This document shows positions 21,296 to 37,462 of a stretch of DNA of 64,000 nucleotides, in pieces. The position numbers and the translations under genes are program-made. Under the pieces are notes generated by a model that saw only the letters and a program-made list of their open reading frames with translations, made no database searches and was not told the origin of the DNA. The stretch's first letter is position 1. Each line of letters opens with the position of its first letter. The stretch comes from an uncultured Gemmatimonadales bacterium (lineage in GTDB: Bacteria; Gemmatimonadota; Gemmatimonadetes; Longimicrobiales; RSA9): positions 1-64,000 of the forward strand of contig CAWCRS010000005.1 of the NCBI GenBank assembly GCA_963798085.1. The letters run 5' to 3'.

Positions 21296-22947
21296 CGCGC
21301 GCGTATCGCGGACGCTGGTGCGTCAGCGGCGAGGCCGCGCTGCTGCTTCTGCTTGCGTACCATCTCCCGCACATCGGCCAGCATTTTCTTCGCGTCGTAC
21401 ACGATGCCATCCTTGATCGTGTACTTGATGCCGCCCACGCGCTCGATCTTGCCGGTCTGATCGTTCAGGCGCATGGCGCCCGTGCCGTACAGCACCTTGA
21501 GATTGGCGAGCGGGTTCTGGTCGACCACGACCAGGTCGGCCTTGAGGCCGGCGCGGATGATGCCGAACTCGGGCTCGATGCCCTTGGGCTTGTACAGCTG
21601 CTTCGCGCCGTTCATGGTAGCGGAGCGGATGACTTCGAGCGGCGTGAAGCCCGCTTCGCGCAGCAGCTCGAACTCGCGCAGGTAGTCGAAGCCGTAGAGC
21701 TTGTAGATGAAGCCCGAGTCCGAGCCCGTGGTCACGATGCCGCCGGCGTTCTTGAAATCATTGAGGAACTGCATCCAGCGCTGGTAGTAGTGCTTCCACG
21801 CTACCTCGTCCTCGGTGGTCCAGTCGTACCAGTAGGAGCCGTGCGCCTCACGGCTGGGCTGATAGTAGTCCCACATTGACGGCAGCGTGTACTCGTCGTG
21901 CCATTCCGCGCGTGAGGCGCGCATCACATCGCGGCTCGCCTCATAGATCGTCATGGTGGGATCGATGCCGAAGCCCAGGTCGAGGAACTGCCGGATGAGC
22001 GCGTTCCACTGCGGGCTTTCCGGCTCGTAGATCTGGTTCCAGAGGCGCCCGATCTGGCCGAAACGCTTGGATTCGTCGTTGTAATTGTAGTCGGCGGGCC
22101 AGTCCTGGATGGAATTGTCCTTCAGCATGGACTCGAACAGCCCGTAATGATGTGTCATCATGTCCAGGCCCATCTTCGCGGCATCCAGTGCGGTCATGCG
22201 GGCCAGCCCCATCTGACTCAGGTGGGCGACGGTTCCGAGACCGTGCTTGTGGGCCTCATCGATGATCGCCTTCATGATCTCGGGATCGTAGGCATCCATC
22301 TTGACGCCATCGATCTTCTGGCCGTCCACCACCTGGTCCGCCGCCCAGCGCACCCATTCGCGGGCGATTTCGGGTGTATCGATGGGCTTGCCGCCCCAAC
22401 CCTTGCCCGTGCCCGGCCGCGTGTAGGCGAACATGCGCGGCGCCACGATCTCGTTGCGCGCACTGCGCGCTTTCTCTTCGAGCTGCCACTCGAACTCGCC
22501 ATGCGGTACGCCGCGCGACGTTGTGATGCCGTTGCCCATCCAGAGCTTGTAGACGTATTCCGCCTGCGGCGCCTTGTCGGGACCGCCGGTGTGCGCGTGC
22601 ATGTCAATGAATCCCGGCATCACGTACATGCCGCTGACGTCGATCTCGCGGGTCGCGCCCTGCGGCCGGGTGCGCGCATTGATCGGCACCTTGGGGAAAC
22701 CGACGCTCACCACCGAGCGGATCCGGTCCTGCTCGATCACGATGTCCATCGGCCCGCGCGGCGGTGCGCCCGTCCCGTCAATGACCATGGCACCGCGCAG
22801 GATCAGCCGCGGAAACGGACCCAGGCCTTCGTCGGAGCGCCTTGCCGTAGTGCGCTCCATGCCCCCGCCCTGCGCGGATGCGCCGGCCGCGAAACTGACA
22901 GCAGCCAGCGCCAGCGCCATGCCGGCGTATTTCCTGCGCGTGTGCAT
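21292..22947 (-). CDS. secreted amidohydrolase family protein
   Basis: Signal peptide, IDGTG, PGFIDMHAH, GSDSG, GFTPLEVIRSATMNGA, ADLVVVDQNPL. Confidence 0.9.
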
Positions 22948-23050
22948 CGCTTTCCCCCTGGTTGAATGCCCCTGCTCATTCTCGAACCTATGTCTGCGCT
23001 GCGGCCGCCGCAGCAGGGCCCCTCCCCCGGAGTCGCTCCCGCAAAGCGCC

Positions 23051-25442
23051 CTATCCCTGATTTCTGCGGATTTCGAAATCGGTGGGCGGATCGATGCCCA
23101 GCAGCCACTTCACGAAATAATCCCAGGTGCGGCGGATCACGTACGGTTCGCCGGCAAAGCCGTGATTGCGATTCGGCAGCACCAGCAGATCGAAGTTCTT
23201 GTTGGCCTTGATCAGCTCGTCGATCACGAGCTGCGTGTTGTTGGGGTGCACGTTATCATCGAGCGTGCCGTACATGAGATACAGATGGCCCTTCAGGTTC
23301 TTCGCCAGGTTCTGGTTGGCCTGGCTGTCGAAGTTGTCCCCACCCTGCGGGCTCTTCTTCACCTGCCCCTGATACTTCTCGCCCCACGTGTAGTCGTAGC
23401 TGCGATTGTCGTGATTGCCCGCGCTCGAGACGGCGACCTTGAAGAAATCCGGGTAGCGAAGGATGGCATCGGTGGAAGAGAAGCCGCCGCCGGAATGGCC
23501 GAAGATGCCGACCCGGCCAATGTCGATGTACGGGTATTTCGCACCCAGCCCCTTGATCACGGCAACGTGATCGGGCAGGCCGTTGTCTCCCATGTTGCCA
23601 TAATAGGAGTCATGGAACGCCTTGGAGCGGAGCGGCGTGCCCATGGCGTCCAGCTGCACCACGACGAAGCCCAGCTCGGCGAGCGCCTGCGCATCGCCGC
23701 GGGGCGCCACGGTGAAGGTGCGTGCTCCGATGGCGCCCACCTGGGGGCCCGGATAAATGTAGTCAATGATCGGGTACTGCTTCGCGGGATCGAAATTCGA
23801 CGGGCGGTAGAGCAATCCGTAAATGTCTGTTATACCGTCCCGGCCCTTCAGGTTGAAGCGTTCGGGCCATTTCGCGCCCAGGGCTGCATACTCGGAAACA
23901 TCGCTCTCCTGCACGGTCATGGCGACGCTGCCATCAGGACGGCGCAGCACGGTTACCGGCGGCAGATCACGCCGGGAATAGCGAATCAATGAAATAGTGG
24001 CCGGATGGCGAGGCGTTGATCTGATGATCCGCATCCTCGGGCGTCAGCAATGTCAGCCCGGTGCCATCCAGTCCGACGCGATACAGGTTGCGGAAATACG
24101 GATCGCGACCCGGCTCGCGGCCGCCCGCGGTGAACCAGACCTGTCGTGTGGCCTCGTCCACTTTCAGCACATCGAGCACCACCCACGGTCCTTCCGTGAT
24201 GCGGTTCTTCAGCTTGCCGGTCTGTGCATCGAACAGATAGAGGTGTCCCCACCCATCGCGCTCGGAGAACCAGATCACCTCGCGATTGCCGTTGATGACG
24301 CGCCAGTTGGGAAAGCCACCGCTCTCCAGGTTGAACTCCACGAATGTCGGGCTGGTCTCGCTCAGGATCGTGTTCGCCTGGCCGGTGCGCAGATCGAGGT
24401 GCACCAGGTCGAACTTCTTGAAGTCGCGCTGGCCGTGCGTGTAGTAGAAGTCGTCGCTGCCACTGCCCCACTGTGCGTCCTTCCAGAGCGTGTCCGACGT
24501 GAACCAGCAGCAGCTCGTGTTCACGGCATCCTGAAAGCCGCGTGGCGAGCGCGTCTGCTTCTGCGACAGCACATCGAACACGTCGACCTCGTAGCGCGGC
24601 ACCACCGAATCGCCGGGCAGCGCGTACTTGTACGGGTGCAGAATGGGCCGGCCCACGTGCGTCTCCAGCAGGTACAGGTCCTTCACGTTGCGCTCATCCA
24701 GCTTGTACGTGCCGATCTTCTTCGAATCGGCTGACCACGCCAGGATAGGGCGCTTCTGCGTGTGCAGGCGAACGCTGGTCACCGCATCGCAGCACGCCTG
24801 CGGGTTCACCGCGTAGCCGAAGTCCTTCTCGCCATCCTTGCTCAGCTGGGTCTCCTGCCCGCTGGCCACGTTGCGCACGTACAGATTCTCGTCGCGCTCG
24901 AACGCCACCCACTTGCCGTCCGGCGACTTCGCTTCGCTGATGCGTCGCCGGTCCGGTTTGTCACTGCGGCAGGTGTACGCCGTCAGATCGCACAGGTAGC
25001 CGCGTGTCGTGTCCAGCGCCACACGCAGCCCTTTCCCGCCGTCCGTGTATTCGAACGTGGTGAAGGGCAGCTTCTCCGCGATGTAGGACGTGTCCGCGGC
25101 GAGAGAAAGCGCCGCGGCGAGGCGCACGTGATCGAAAGCAGGCTTGCGCGTGCGCGTGACTGGATCGATCACCACGAACTCGGTGCCGGTCTTCGTTCGA
25201 TTGCGGTACCAGAAGCGATCGTTGTCGAGCCATGTCGGTGCCACGGCATCGCCTGCCACCAGCGACCGCGCATTCACACCGAGGAAACGCTCCGCGCGTT
25301 CGTAATCGGCGCGCGTGCCCTGGGCTGCGAGCGGGCGTGCCAGTGGCAGCAGTGCAGGCAGCACGAGCGTCCACACGAGACAGCGCCGGCAGCTTCGGCC
25401 GCGACGGGAACGCGAACGGGCGTCGTCGCCTGACATCAACAT
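23051..25442 (-). CDS. S9 family dipeptidyl-peptidase IV-like protein (frameshift near 23985)
   Basis: DPP IV N-terminal propeller, IYPGPQ, catalytic GHSGGG, DDNVH, NRNH. Confidence 0.93.
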
Positions 25443-25711
25443 AATGCATCCTCCACGTGGGTCGAACCGGCCTGGGGTTCCGGCACCGCGCGCGCGCGCA
25501 GTGTCCGGCCACCTGTGTCCGTGCAGGCCTGCCGGTTCCGGCAGTCGCGGGAATCGGCAGCAATGCGCATTGCGAGGACGCCAGGACGGTCCGAAGGTTT
25601 GCTTTCCGGAGGTGTGTGACCACGATTCTGCACGCGCCGCTGGCGCGCGTCAATCATGCGGGGACAGCAACGGCGCGAGAGCAGCGCCGGCGGGAGCGGA
25701 AACGGTCGGCT

Positions 25712-28976
<3,265 letters not shown>

Positions 28977-28988
28977 GCAGGCTCAAGC

Positions 28989-29099
28989 TTAGAGGCTCTT
29001 TTCGCGTTCCTTGCGGATGGCCGTCCATGCAATCAGGACGAAGCCACCCCACACGATCCCGGCGACCACAATGAATGTGATGATTGCAGAGAGATTCAT
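28989..29099 (-). CDS. MetS-like small subunit of NSS transporters (36 aa, not in the ORF track)
   Basis: Manual translation gives MNLSAIITFIVVAGIVWGGFVLIAWTAIRKEREKSL-stop: a single TM with the SAII...WGG pattern and a basic tail. Confidence 0.7.
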   Translation of the reverse strand: MNLSAIITFIVVAGIVWGGFVLIAWTAIRKEREKSL

Positions 29100-29187
29100 T
29101 TTCTTCCCGTTCGCGGTCCCCGAAAACTATGCGAATCGGCCCCTCGCGCAACTCCCAGCGCGAGGGGCCGGATTCGACCGGGCCGGC

Positions 29188-31660
29188 TCAGCTGCCGGTC
29201 CGCTTGAGGTCGAACTCGCGCGGCGGATCCGCCTCCAGCAGCCAGCGCACGAAATAGTCCCAGCGCCGGCGGACATAGTAGGTGTCGCCCAGGCCGTGCG
29301 AATGATCGGGCGCGAGGATGAAGTCGAAATCCTTGTTGGCCTTGATCAGTGCATCAATGACCTGGATGGTGTTGGCCGGGTGCACATTGTCATCCATGTC
29401 ACCGGCCATCAGCAGCGAGATGTCCCTTGAGGTTGCCCGCCAGCGTCTTGTTGGCGGACGCCTCGAAGTTGTCCTTCCCGGTGATGCTGTCCTTCTTCAG
29501 CAGTCCCTCGTACTTCTCTGCCCAGTAGATGTTGTAGCTGCGGTTGTCGTGATTGCCGGCGCCGGACACGGCCACCTTGAAGAAGTCCGGGAAGCGCAGC
29601 ATGGCATCGGTCGACGCAAAGCCACCGCCCGAGTGGCCGTAGATGCCTACGTGGTTGATATCAATGTAGCTGTGCATGGCCGCGAGCTGCTTGATGCCCG
29701 TCACATGGTCGGCCAGGCCGTTGTCACCGAAGAAACCGTAATAGTTGTCGTGGAATGCCTTCGAACGGAGCGGCGTGCCCAGGTGGTCGATCTCGACGAC
29801 GATGAAGCCCAGCTCCGTCAGCGCGCGCTCCTCACCACCGACCGACCACGCCCACTGCCCCACGCTGCCGACCTGCGGGCCAGGATAGATGTGATCGATG
29901 ATCGGATAGGACTTCGTCGAATCGAAATTGGATGGCGTGAACATCACGCCGTAGATGTCCGTGATGCCATCCCTCGCCTTGACGCTGAACACCTGCGCCG
30001 GCGTCCAGCCGATCGCCTTCAGCTGGCTGATATCCGACTCCTCCAGCTTCTTCAGCACGTGACCGTCCAGCGCGGAGCGCAGCACGGTCACCGGCGGCGT
30101 CTCGATGCGTGAGTACGTGTCGACAATGAACTTGCCGCTGGGTGAGAAGCGGATCACGTGGTTCGCGTCTTCCGGCGTCAGCAGCTCCATGCCCGTGCCG
30201 TCGAAATTCGCGCGGTAGAGGTGCGCATAGTAAATGTTGTGGCCCGGCTCGCGGCCGCGCGCCGTGAAGTACAACTGCTTCTTCACGTCATCCACGTAAT
30301 AGACGTCGCCGGCGGCCCAGGCGCCGGACGTGATCTGGTTCTTCAGTACCGGGTCGGCAGCAATGGTGGGCGGCGCCAGTTCGAATGGCAGCACTGTGCC
30401 GTCATAGTCGTGCGCAGGCTGCAGCGCGCCGGCATTGGGGCCCACCCCACCACGTCCACCACTCTCCGTGCTCACCGCACTGCGCGTGGTGCCACCTGCA
30501 TCGAAGCGCCACAAATGCGGCCAGCCATCGCGCTCCGACCACCAGATCACGTCGCCTGCCTGTGTCACCGTCCAGCTGGGACGTCCCTGCGGGTTGGTCT
30601 CCACCCACGTGCGCGCTGAGTCCTTTGCCAGGATGCGCGTGGCGCCTGTTTCCGCATCCGCCTCGACCAGATACTGACTCTTCGACGCGCGCGTCTGGTA
30701 GTAAAAGCGGAATTTCTTCGAGTCGGGCGTCCAGATGGAGTCGATCGGCGAGCCGCCCAGTGACAGCTGATTCGGCGTGGGACTCAGATTCAGCGCGACG
30801 TTGCGCTTCGATGCGACGTCGATGATCTGGATGTTGGGGATGGGCACAATGGAGTCGCCGGGCAGCGCATAGGGCTGCGAGAAATACTGCGGGCGCTGCG
30901 ACGTGTACGAGATGTACGGCATGTGCAGCACGCGGCGGAAATCCTGACGGTAGACGATCAGCTTCTTCGAGTCCGGCGACCAGCGCACCTGCGCGCGCGG
31001 CGGCGGCACCTTCCCCTTGCTGGTGAGCAGCTGGAACGGCCCGGGCTCGCCGGCGCCGTACGACCAGTACTTCACGCCGTCGGTGGTCAGCTGCGTCGAA
31101 TCCCCGCCACCCTTCTTGCGCAGCCACAGGTTGTAATTGCTGTAAAACGCTTCCATGGTCGAGTCGGGCGAGCCCACATAACGGCTGACGCTCGCCAGTG
31201 TGTCACCGACCGTGCACGTGTAGTTGCTCAGCGCACAGTGGAAGCGCTTCTTGCTCGCGTTGAACTCAATGGCGCGTTCGTTGTCCACCAGGTCGAAGTT
31301 GGTGAAGGGCAGCTTGTAGCCAATGTAGGACGTGTCGTTGGCGAGCGACATGGCGGCGGCGAGCTTCGCGTGGTCGAACAGGGGCGCCCGCGTGAGCCGC
31401 ACAGGGTCCACCAGGATGAACTCCGACCCCGACATGGTGCGGCTGCGGTACCAGAAGCGGCTGCCGTCCTTCATGAACACCGGGTTTGCCTGATCGCCCG
31501 CGACCAGGTCATTGCCGTTGAGAATGCGTTCCGCCCGCTGATAATCCGCGAGCGTGCCCTGTGCGGCCACGGGTCGCGGCAGCAGCGGCGCGGCCGCGAG
31601 GAGCAGCACGGCGAGCCGGGCACGCCGCAGCGCCCCGGAGGTGGCTGTCCCAGTAATCAT
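29188..31660 (-). CDS. S9 family dipeptidyl-peptidase IV-like protein, paralog 2 (frameshift near 29410)
   Basis: AQGTLADYQRAER N-terminus, IYPGPQ, GHSGGG, GDMDDNVH, DHSH, YYVRRRWDYFV. Confidence 0.93.
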
Positions 31661-31812
31661 GACTTGTCTCCGTTCCTGGTGGGTAAAGCGAGTCTGGCAT
31701 CGAAATGACGACCGGCGGCGGGGGTGATTCCGGTCGAACCACCTGCAAATTGCAGCACAATGAAATGCGACGCCAGCCCCCCTTGTTCTCCGCGCACCAC
31801 CAGCGGGCCGTC

Positions 31813-31850
31813 AAAACAAATGGGGCAGGCCTCTCGGCCTGCCCCAATTT
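31813..31850 (-). terminator. intrinsic terminator downstream of the SusD-like gene
   Basis: Perfect 11-bp stem TGGGGCAGGCC-tctc-GGCCTGCCCCA, followed on the minus strand by TTTGTTTT. Confidence 0.8.
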
Positions 31851-31878
31851 GCCCGGATGGAAACCGGAATCTGGCGAA

Positions 31879-33187
31879 CTAGCTGAGTCTCGGGCAGGTC
31901 CGAGGCAGCGAGATATTCGGATTGACGGTCGCCTCTGTGCCGTTCAGCGGGGCCTTCGTGCTGTAGCCCGTCCCAATGACGCTGGGGAACAGGTTGAAGC
32001 GGTACAGATCGTTGGCCCGTTGCGCCTCGAGGAACAACGTCGCGAAACGCTCCTCGAGCAGCCTGTCCAGCACGCCCTGCGAGGTGCCCGGATTCGTCAG
32101 ATCAGGCAGACCGACATCGTGGCGCACCTTGTTCATGCTGGCGATCGCATTGGGGAAATCGCCGTTGTGCCAGTAGACCTCGGCCTCGATCAGGCGCATT
32201 TCACGCCAGCTGGCGAGGATGATGTCGTCATTGCGGGTCTTGTACTTGTCCTGGCTGAAGAACAGCGTGTGACCGTCCACGCCCAGGCGGTTGCCCACGC
32301 GGAACAGGATCGGAATGCGCGGATCCGGCATGCCACTCCACTTGTCGATGAAGTAGTCCTTGCCGTTCGCGTTGGTGGTGTCCACCTGCGCCCAACGACG
32401 GCTGTCCAGTCCGGCCGCCTTGTTCTCCGGATAGTGATTGAGCGTCACGAACGAGTTCTGGCTGCTCGCGTCGGAGAACCGGGCGTAGTAGAAGAACCCG
32501 TCGGGCACGGCCTGCGCATCCGTCAGCGCTTCCGCGTACTTGCCAACCATCAACTCGGCGCGCGCCTTGCCCGCCTGAGCGAAATTCTTGTACGCGGTCT
32601 GGTTCGCGCCCTGCGCCACCGTCATCGCGTTGGCCAGCTTGGTGATGGCGAGCTGGTACATGGCGGTGTCCGAAACCGCCGGACCGCCTGGCTCGGCCAC
32701 GCTCTCGCAATTCTCCATGGCCATCAGCAGGTTGGCCCAGCCCTCGACGACGGACGCAACGGACAGGTACTTGCCCACGTCGGTCCCGATACGCGTCATG
32801 CACCTTGTTGAAGCGTTCCACGCCCTTTTGCGCGGCCGTACGAACGCCGAGCCAGCTTCCCTCGGCGCCGGCGTCACCCGAGGCGGGCGGCGGACGCCAC
32901 TTGCCGTGATCGGCGTCCTCGTAGCCCGCCCATGTGCCCGTGTGCATCAGCTCATCGCTCAGCAACCCGCTGTTAATGGCAAACGTGGCGATGGAGAACT
33001 GGAGGTCGCCCTCCAGGCCGGCAGCGATCGCCGGCAGCGCGTTGGGCACGTCCAGTGATTCGTCAATGAAACGGGAGGGGTCCTCGACCTTCAGGGCATC
33101 CTTGATATTGCACCCCGCGAGCAGTCCGCAGAATGCCAGCCCGAGGATGACCCGGCCCGCTTCCCGGGTCTTCGTTCTCGAATGCAT
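31879..33187 (-). CDS. RagB/SusD family nutrient-binding outer membrane lipoprotein (frameshift near 32800)
   Basis: Lipobox LLAGC, SGLLSDEL, ASWREMRLIEAE, MNKVR, LLEERFATLFLEAQRANDLYR. Directly follows the SusC-like gene. Confidence 0.9.
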
Positions 33188-33263
33188 AGCCTCTTTCCTC
33201 TGGTTTTGGCCACCGTTGTCCCGCGTGGGCGGCAACAACTGCCGCCCACGCGGGGTCGAGTTG

Positions 33264-36232
33264 TCAGAACAATGTGCGTACGCTCAACAGGAACTGCCGG
33301 GGCTGCGGCATTGCCAGGAAGCCGGCGTCCACCGAGAAGTCCGCACCGCCCGTGTAGTTCATGTTAGGATCGAGGCAGTGGCAGTTATCCCACCACTGGA
33401 GGTTCTTGCCCGCCAGCGTGATCGTGGTGCCGCCGAGGCCGAAACGGCTGGTGAACGAGGACGGCATGCGGTACGTCACCGTCAACTCGCGCAGACGCCA
33501 GTTGGCGCGCGGATCCACCGTGCTGAAGTTGTTCATGTAATCGAACAGCGAGTCCGACTGGAACGTCCGCATCTGCGTCTCGACGCACTTGGTCGTGCAC
33601 TTCGAGTAGTCGAGCAGCGAGAGGTACTCGTCGCCCGTGCGGAAGCGCACACGGTACGGACGGTCCGAGTTGCCGAAGTAGGCACCCGCCTCACGCGTGA
33701 TCAGCACGTTGGCGCGGAAGGCACCCAGCGTCAGCTCGTTGCCCAGCGAGAGGTTGAACGTGGGCAGCGCCGGCCCGATGTAGATGGCCGTGTCGGAACG
33801 GGTGTGCTTGATGGTCGTGGCATTGAACGCCACCGGCACCACGGCGCGTTCACCGCGCACCGGCAGGCCGAGGCGCAGGCCGCCGCGGATCTTGATGATC
33901 GTGTCGGTCGCCGGGTCGCGGCCCAGGTCCGTGATCTCGTTGAAGTTGCGGTCGGCACGAACGTCCCACGACCAGCGCAGGTTCTTGCTCTCGACCGGCG
34001 TGAACCGGAACGAGCCTTCCCAGCCGTGGTTCTGCAGCTCGCCAATGTTCGAGTTCGGCGCACTGCCGAAGGACTGGCTGGGCGGAATCGGATGCGCACC
34101 AGCGCGTCCTTGGTGATCGACTTGTAGACCGTGAAGTCGGCGCCGATGCGGTCGTTCAGAACGCCCGCCTCGAATCCGCCTTCGAACTCCGTGGTCTTCT
34201 CGGGCGACAGCTGCGGGTTACCCTGCTGGCTGGCGCGCACCGCGTTCTGGTCATCGAGGGCCACGAACGGCGAGAAGGTCTGGAACTTGTCGAACGCGCC
34301 CGGGGCCAGACCGGAGGTGCCGACCGCACCACGCAGGCGCAGCTGGCTGAACAGGCTGGGCACGAACGTTTCGTTGGACATGTCGTAGGACAGCTGGACG
34401 TTCGGGTATGTCTGGTAGCCGTAGTTGTCACCGAACGCGCTGTTGCCGTCCACGCGGATGCCCGTCGTCAGGAACAGCTTGTCGTGGAATGCGATGCGGT
34501 TCTGGCCGTAGAAGCCGATCTGCACGCGTTCCGTGAAGCTCTCGGTCGCTTCCTTCACGGAGCCGCCGCCCACCGTGCTGACGCCGGGCGCCGCGTAGTT
34601 GCGGCCAATGGCGAAGTTGGTGCGCTGCGAATCCCAGAAGCCCTGGGCGCCGAAGGACAGCTGGGCATTGAGCTGGCTGCTCAGCGTGTACTTCAGGGTG
34701 CCGAGGTAGTCGAGCGTGAGGGTGCGCGAGTTGCGATAGCCGAGCGCCTTCTCACCCGACGGAATGTACACGTACGCGTAACCGAACGGCGTGAAGCGGA
34801 TCTTTTCCTCGTTCACCTGGTCGAGACCGACCTGGAACTTGTTGGTGAAGATCTCGGCCGGGTTGTAATTGAGTGTCAGGCCGCCCGTCCACCGGACCGC
34901 GTCATCGAACGTGTCCATGTCCTTGATGGCCGAGACGCTCTCCCACGGCTCGCCGTAGGGTCGGTCCTCGGTGGGGCAGGACGTGCTGAGCGAGCATGCC
35001 TGGAAGGGCACGCCCAGCAGCGCGTTGCCGAGCAGCGAAGCCCAGTTGTTGCCCGACTGCAGCGAGGCGATACGGTTGCGCGTGAACGCCGAGGTGGCGT
35101 CGAAGGACAGCTTGTTGCCGCGCAGCCAGTGCAGGTTGAGGCGCAGGTTGCCGCGCCGCGACCAGTTGGGCTGAATGGAGCCCTCTTCATCGGTGTAGCC
35201 GCCGGACACGAAGTACGTGACGGAGTTGCCGCCGCCCTGTACGGTCACGTCCGCGCCGCCGTACCCACCATTGTTGATCAGGTGGTCATTGGCATCCCAG
35301 GCCTGGAAGCCATCGGGCCCCGTGAACTTGGGATACGTCGTCGTCTGGAAGTTGCCGCGATAGCGCTGGTAGCCGCCGGTGACACCGACGCTCCACCGCG
35401 GGGCGCTGTCATTACGGCCCTTCTTGGTGAAGATCTGGATCACGCCGTTGGAGCCCTCGGAGCCGTACAACGTGCCGGCTGCCGGGCCCTTGACGACCTC
35501 GATGCGCTCGATGTCGGCAGGGTTGATGTCGCTCAGGCGGTCCTGGCCGGCGCCGCCGTCAACGGAGCAGCAGGAATTGCCGGTCGTGCCCCATTCCGTC
35601 TGGCGCGTGTCCACGCGCACGCCGTCCACGTAGATCACGGGGCGCTGGTTCAGGCTGAAGCTGGACATGCCGCGAATGCGCAGGTCACGGCTGGAGCCGA
35701 CGCCGCCCACCGTGCCGATCGAGCGCACGCCGGGAATCCTCGCCTGCAGCACGGACCCGACGTCCGCCACGGGCACCTGCTCCTGGATCTTGGCGACGTC
35801 CACGGACGCCACGGTTGCACCAATGGCTCTGCGTTCGACCGCGCCCGCCGTACCGGTGACCACCACTTCCTGCAGCGAAACGGCCGACACGGCCATGTCG
35901 AAATCGACCTGTGCCGTCCCGCCCGCTTCCACCGTCACCTGTTTGTCAATGGTGCGGTAGCCAATGTACACGGCCTGCACCTGGTGCTGTCCCGGCGGTA
36001 CTGCCGGAACCAGGAACCGGCCCCGGCCGTCCGTCAGACCGCCGCGGTTGGTTCCCACAACGGACACCTGGACGCCGTTGAGCGGCTGTCCGGTGGATTT
36101 GTCCGTCACTGTCCCGGTCACGGTCCCCGTCTGGGCCTGGGTCGTGCCGGCGAGCAGTGCCAGACCGAGCACGCTCCCCAGTACGCCGGGCAACCATCGA
36201 GTCCGTGCAACCCGACTCCGTGGGTCTCCCAT
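33264..36232 (-). CDS. SusC/RagA family TonB-linked outer membrane protein (frameshift near 34090)
   Basis: GTVTGTVTD, LQEVVVTG, RIRGMSS, DINPADIERIEVVKGPAAGTLYGSEGSNGVIQIFTKKG, GNPQLSPEKTTE and C-terminal PQPRQFLLSVRTLF. Confidence 0.95.
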
Positions 36233-36650
36233 ACTCAGGTCTCCTCTCCTCCGGTGGATGAAAAAACAGCCTGAACGAAAACGAACCGGGTCGATGGCCG
36301 GAGGGGCCACCGACGAACACTGTCATTACAACGCGCGACGGTCGCAGTACGAGACACGGGATGCAATTGTGGGTGCAGCAGTCCTCCTCGAGCAAAGCTC
36401 CAGTGCCAATGGCGCCGTCAGGCCACGATTTGCGTCTGTCGCGTTCCGCGCGACGCTGCGTCGCGCAGTCCCCCTTGCGGAGCCCCGCTGCGCTTCGCCC
36501 GGCCAGCCCGGTGGCCGCCGGGCAGCGCGCCGCGCTCCGTGCTGCGGCCCGGCCGGCGCACGCCGTCGGCGGGGCGTCGATTTGCGGCCCGATGCAGGGG
36601 CTGCGTGAGTGCTCGGGGGTTGCTGCGCGCCGCTGCGAGCGCGGCCGGTA

Positions 36651-36875
36651 CTACGTCGTCTTGTGCGTCGAGTCGGGCAGAACCACGACCTGGGTGTCGG
36701 GCAGGTTGAGTTTGCGGAAGCGCGCGACGTCGCTGCGCTTCTCGCCGTGCATGAACACGCCCATCCGTTCGAGGGGCTCCTTGGAGTATCCGCGATGGTC
36801 GTACGACGGCGGATCGCCGCAGGCGGCGAGCAGCAGGACCAGGCCGAGACAGCGCCAGGCAGAGCGCGGATTCAC
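36651..36875 (-). CDS. small hypothetical lipoprotein
   Basis: GAGGAGG RBS, GTG start, lipobox LLLAAC; 74 aa. Confidence 0.7.
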   Translation of the reverse strand: MNPRSAWRCLGLVLLLAACGDPPSYDHRGYSKEPLERMGVFMHGEKRSDVARFRKLNLPDTQVVVLPDSTHKTT

Positions 36876-36966
36876 GATCCTCCTCGGGTTTACGGACACG
36901 GCGCGCGCAATATGGGGGGGTGGGTGGCTGGGCGCTACCCCTGGTGGGGCTTCGCCCCCGTTTCCG

Positions 36967-37052
36967 GTTTCTCGGGCTGGGGCTGGGCTCGGGCACGGCG
37001 TGGCTCGGGCTGGGTTGCCGGGGCTGGTTGCTCGGGAACGGCGAACGGATCT
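36967..37052 (+). repeat. dispersed intergenic GGGCT-rich repeat, copy A
   Basis: Shares GTTTCTCGGGCTGGGGCT and GCTGGTTGCTyGGGAACGGC with 50836-50887, and is an inverted match to 51055-51146. Confidence 0.75.
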
Positions 37053-37462
37053 GGGGGTCCTGGAATGCGTGTTCGCCTGACTGTGCGTTCGTGCACGCGG
37101 CTGGAACGGTCGGCCGCGGGCGACGGCGCAGGCCCGGCACCTCCGCTGGTGTGGGTCAGGACGTCGTGCGGGAGCAAACGGTATGCTGCAGACGTCGCGT
37201 TAGGAGTACAACGCCGCGGTGTTGCGTGCTGCGCTCCTCATCGACAAGGGACAAAGGCCTCGCAATTTCGATACGAATCACGCTCGCAGTCGGGGTTCGG
37301 GCGCACTGTTGTCAGCTGATAGTCTGTTCCAGCGGTATTTCCCTGCCCTGGTTGTTGGATTGTGCCGCGACTATCATTGCGACACTTGACTTTATAGTCC
37401 GCATATATGCTTTTATCCGCGCACCCCCGACACAACAGCACGTCCACAGAGAGGGGCACAGA

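Noticed and set aside
37376..37415. Sigma-70 promoter for the AT-hook gene (TTGACT, TATAGT, TATGCT hexamers)
   Set aside because: The hexamers are present, but none pair at a 16-18 nt spacing, so no specific promoter is called.
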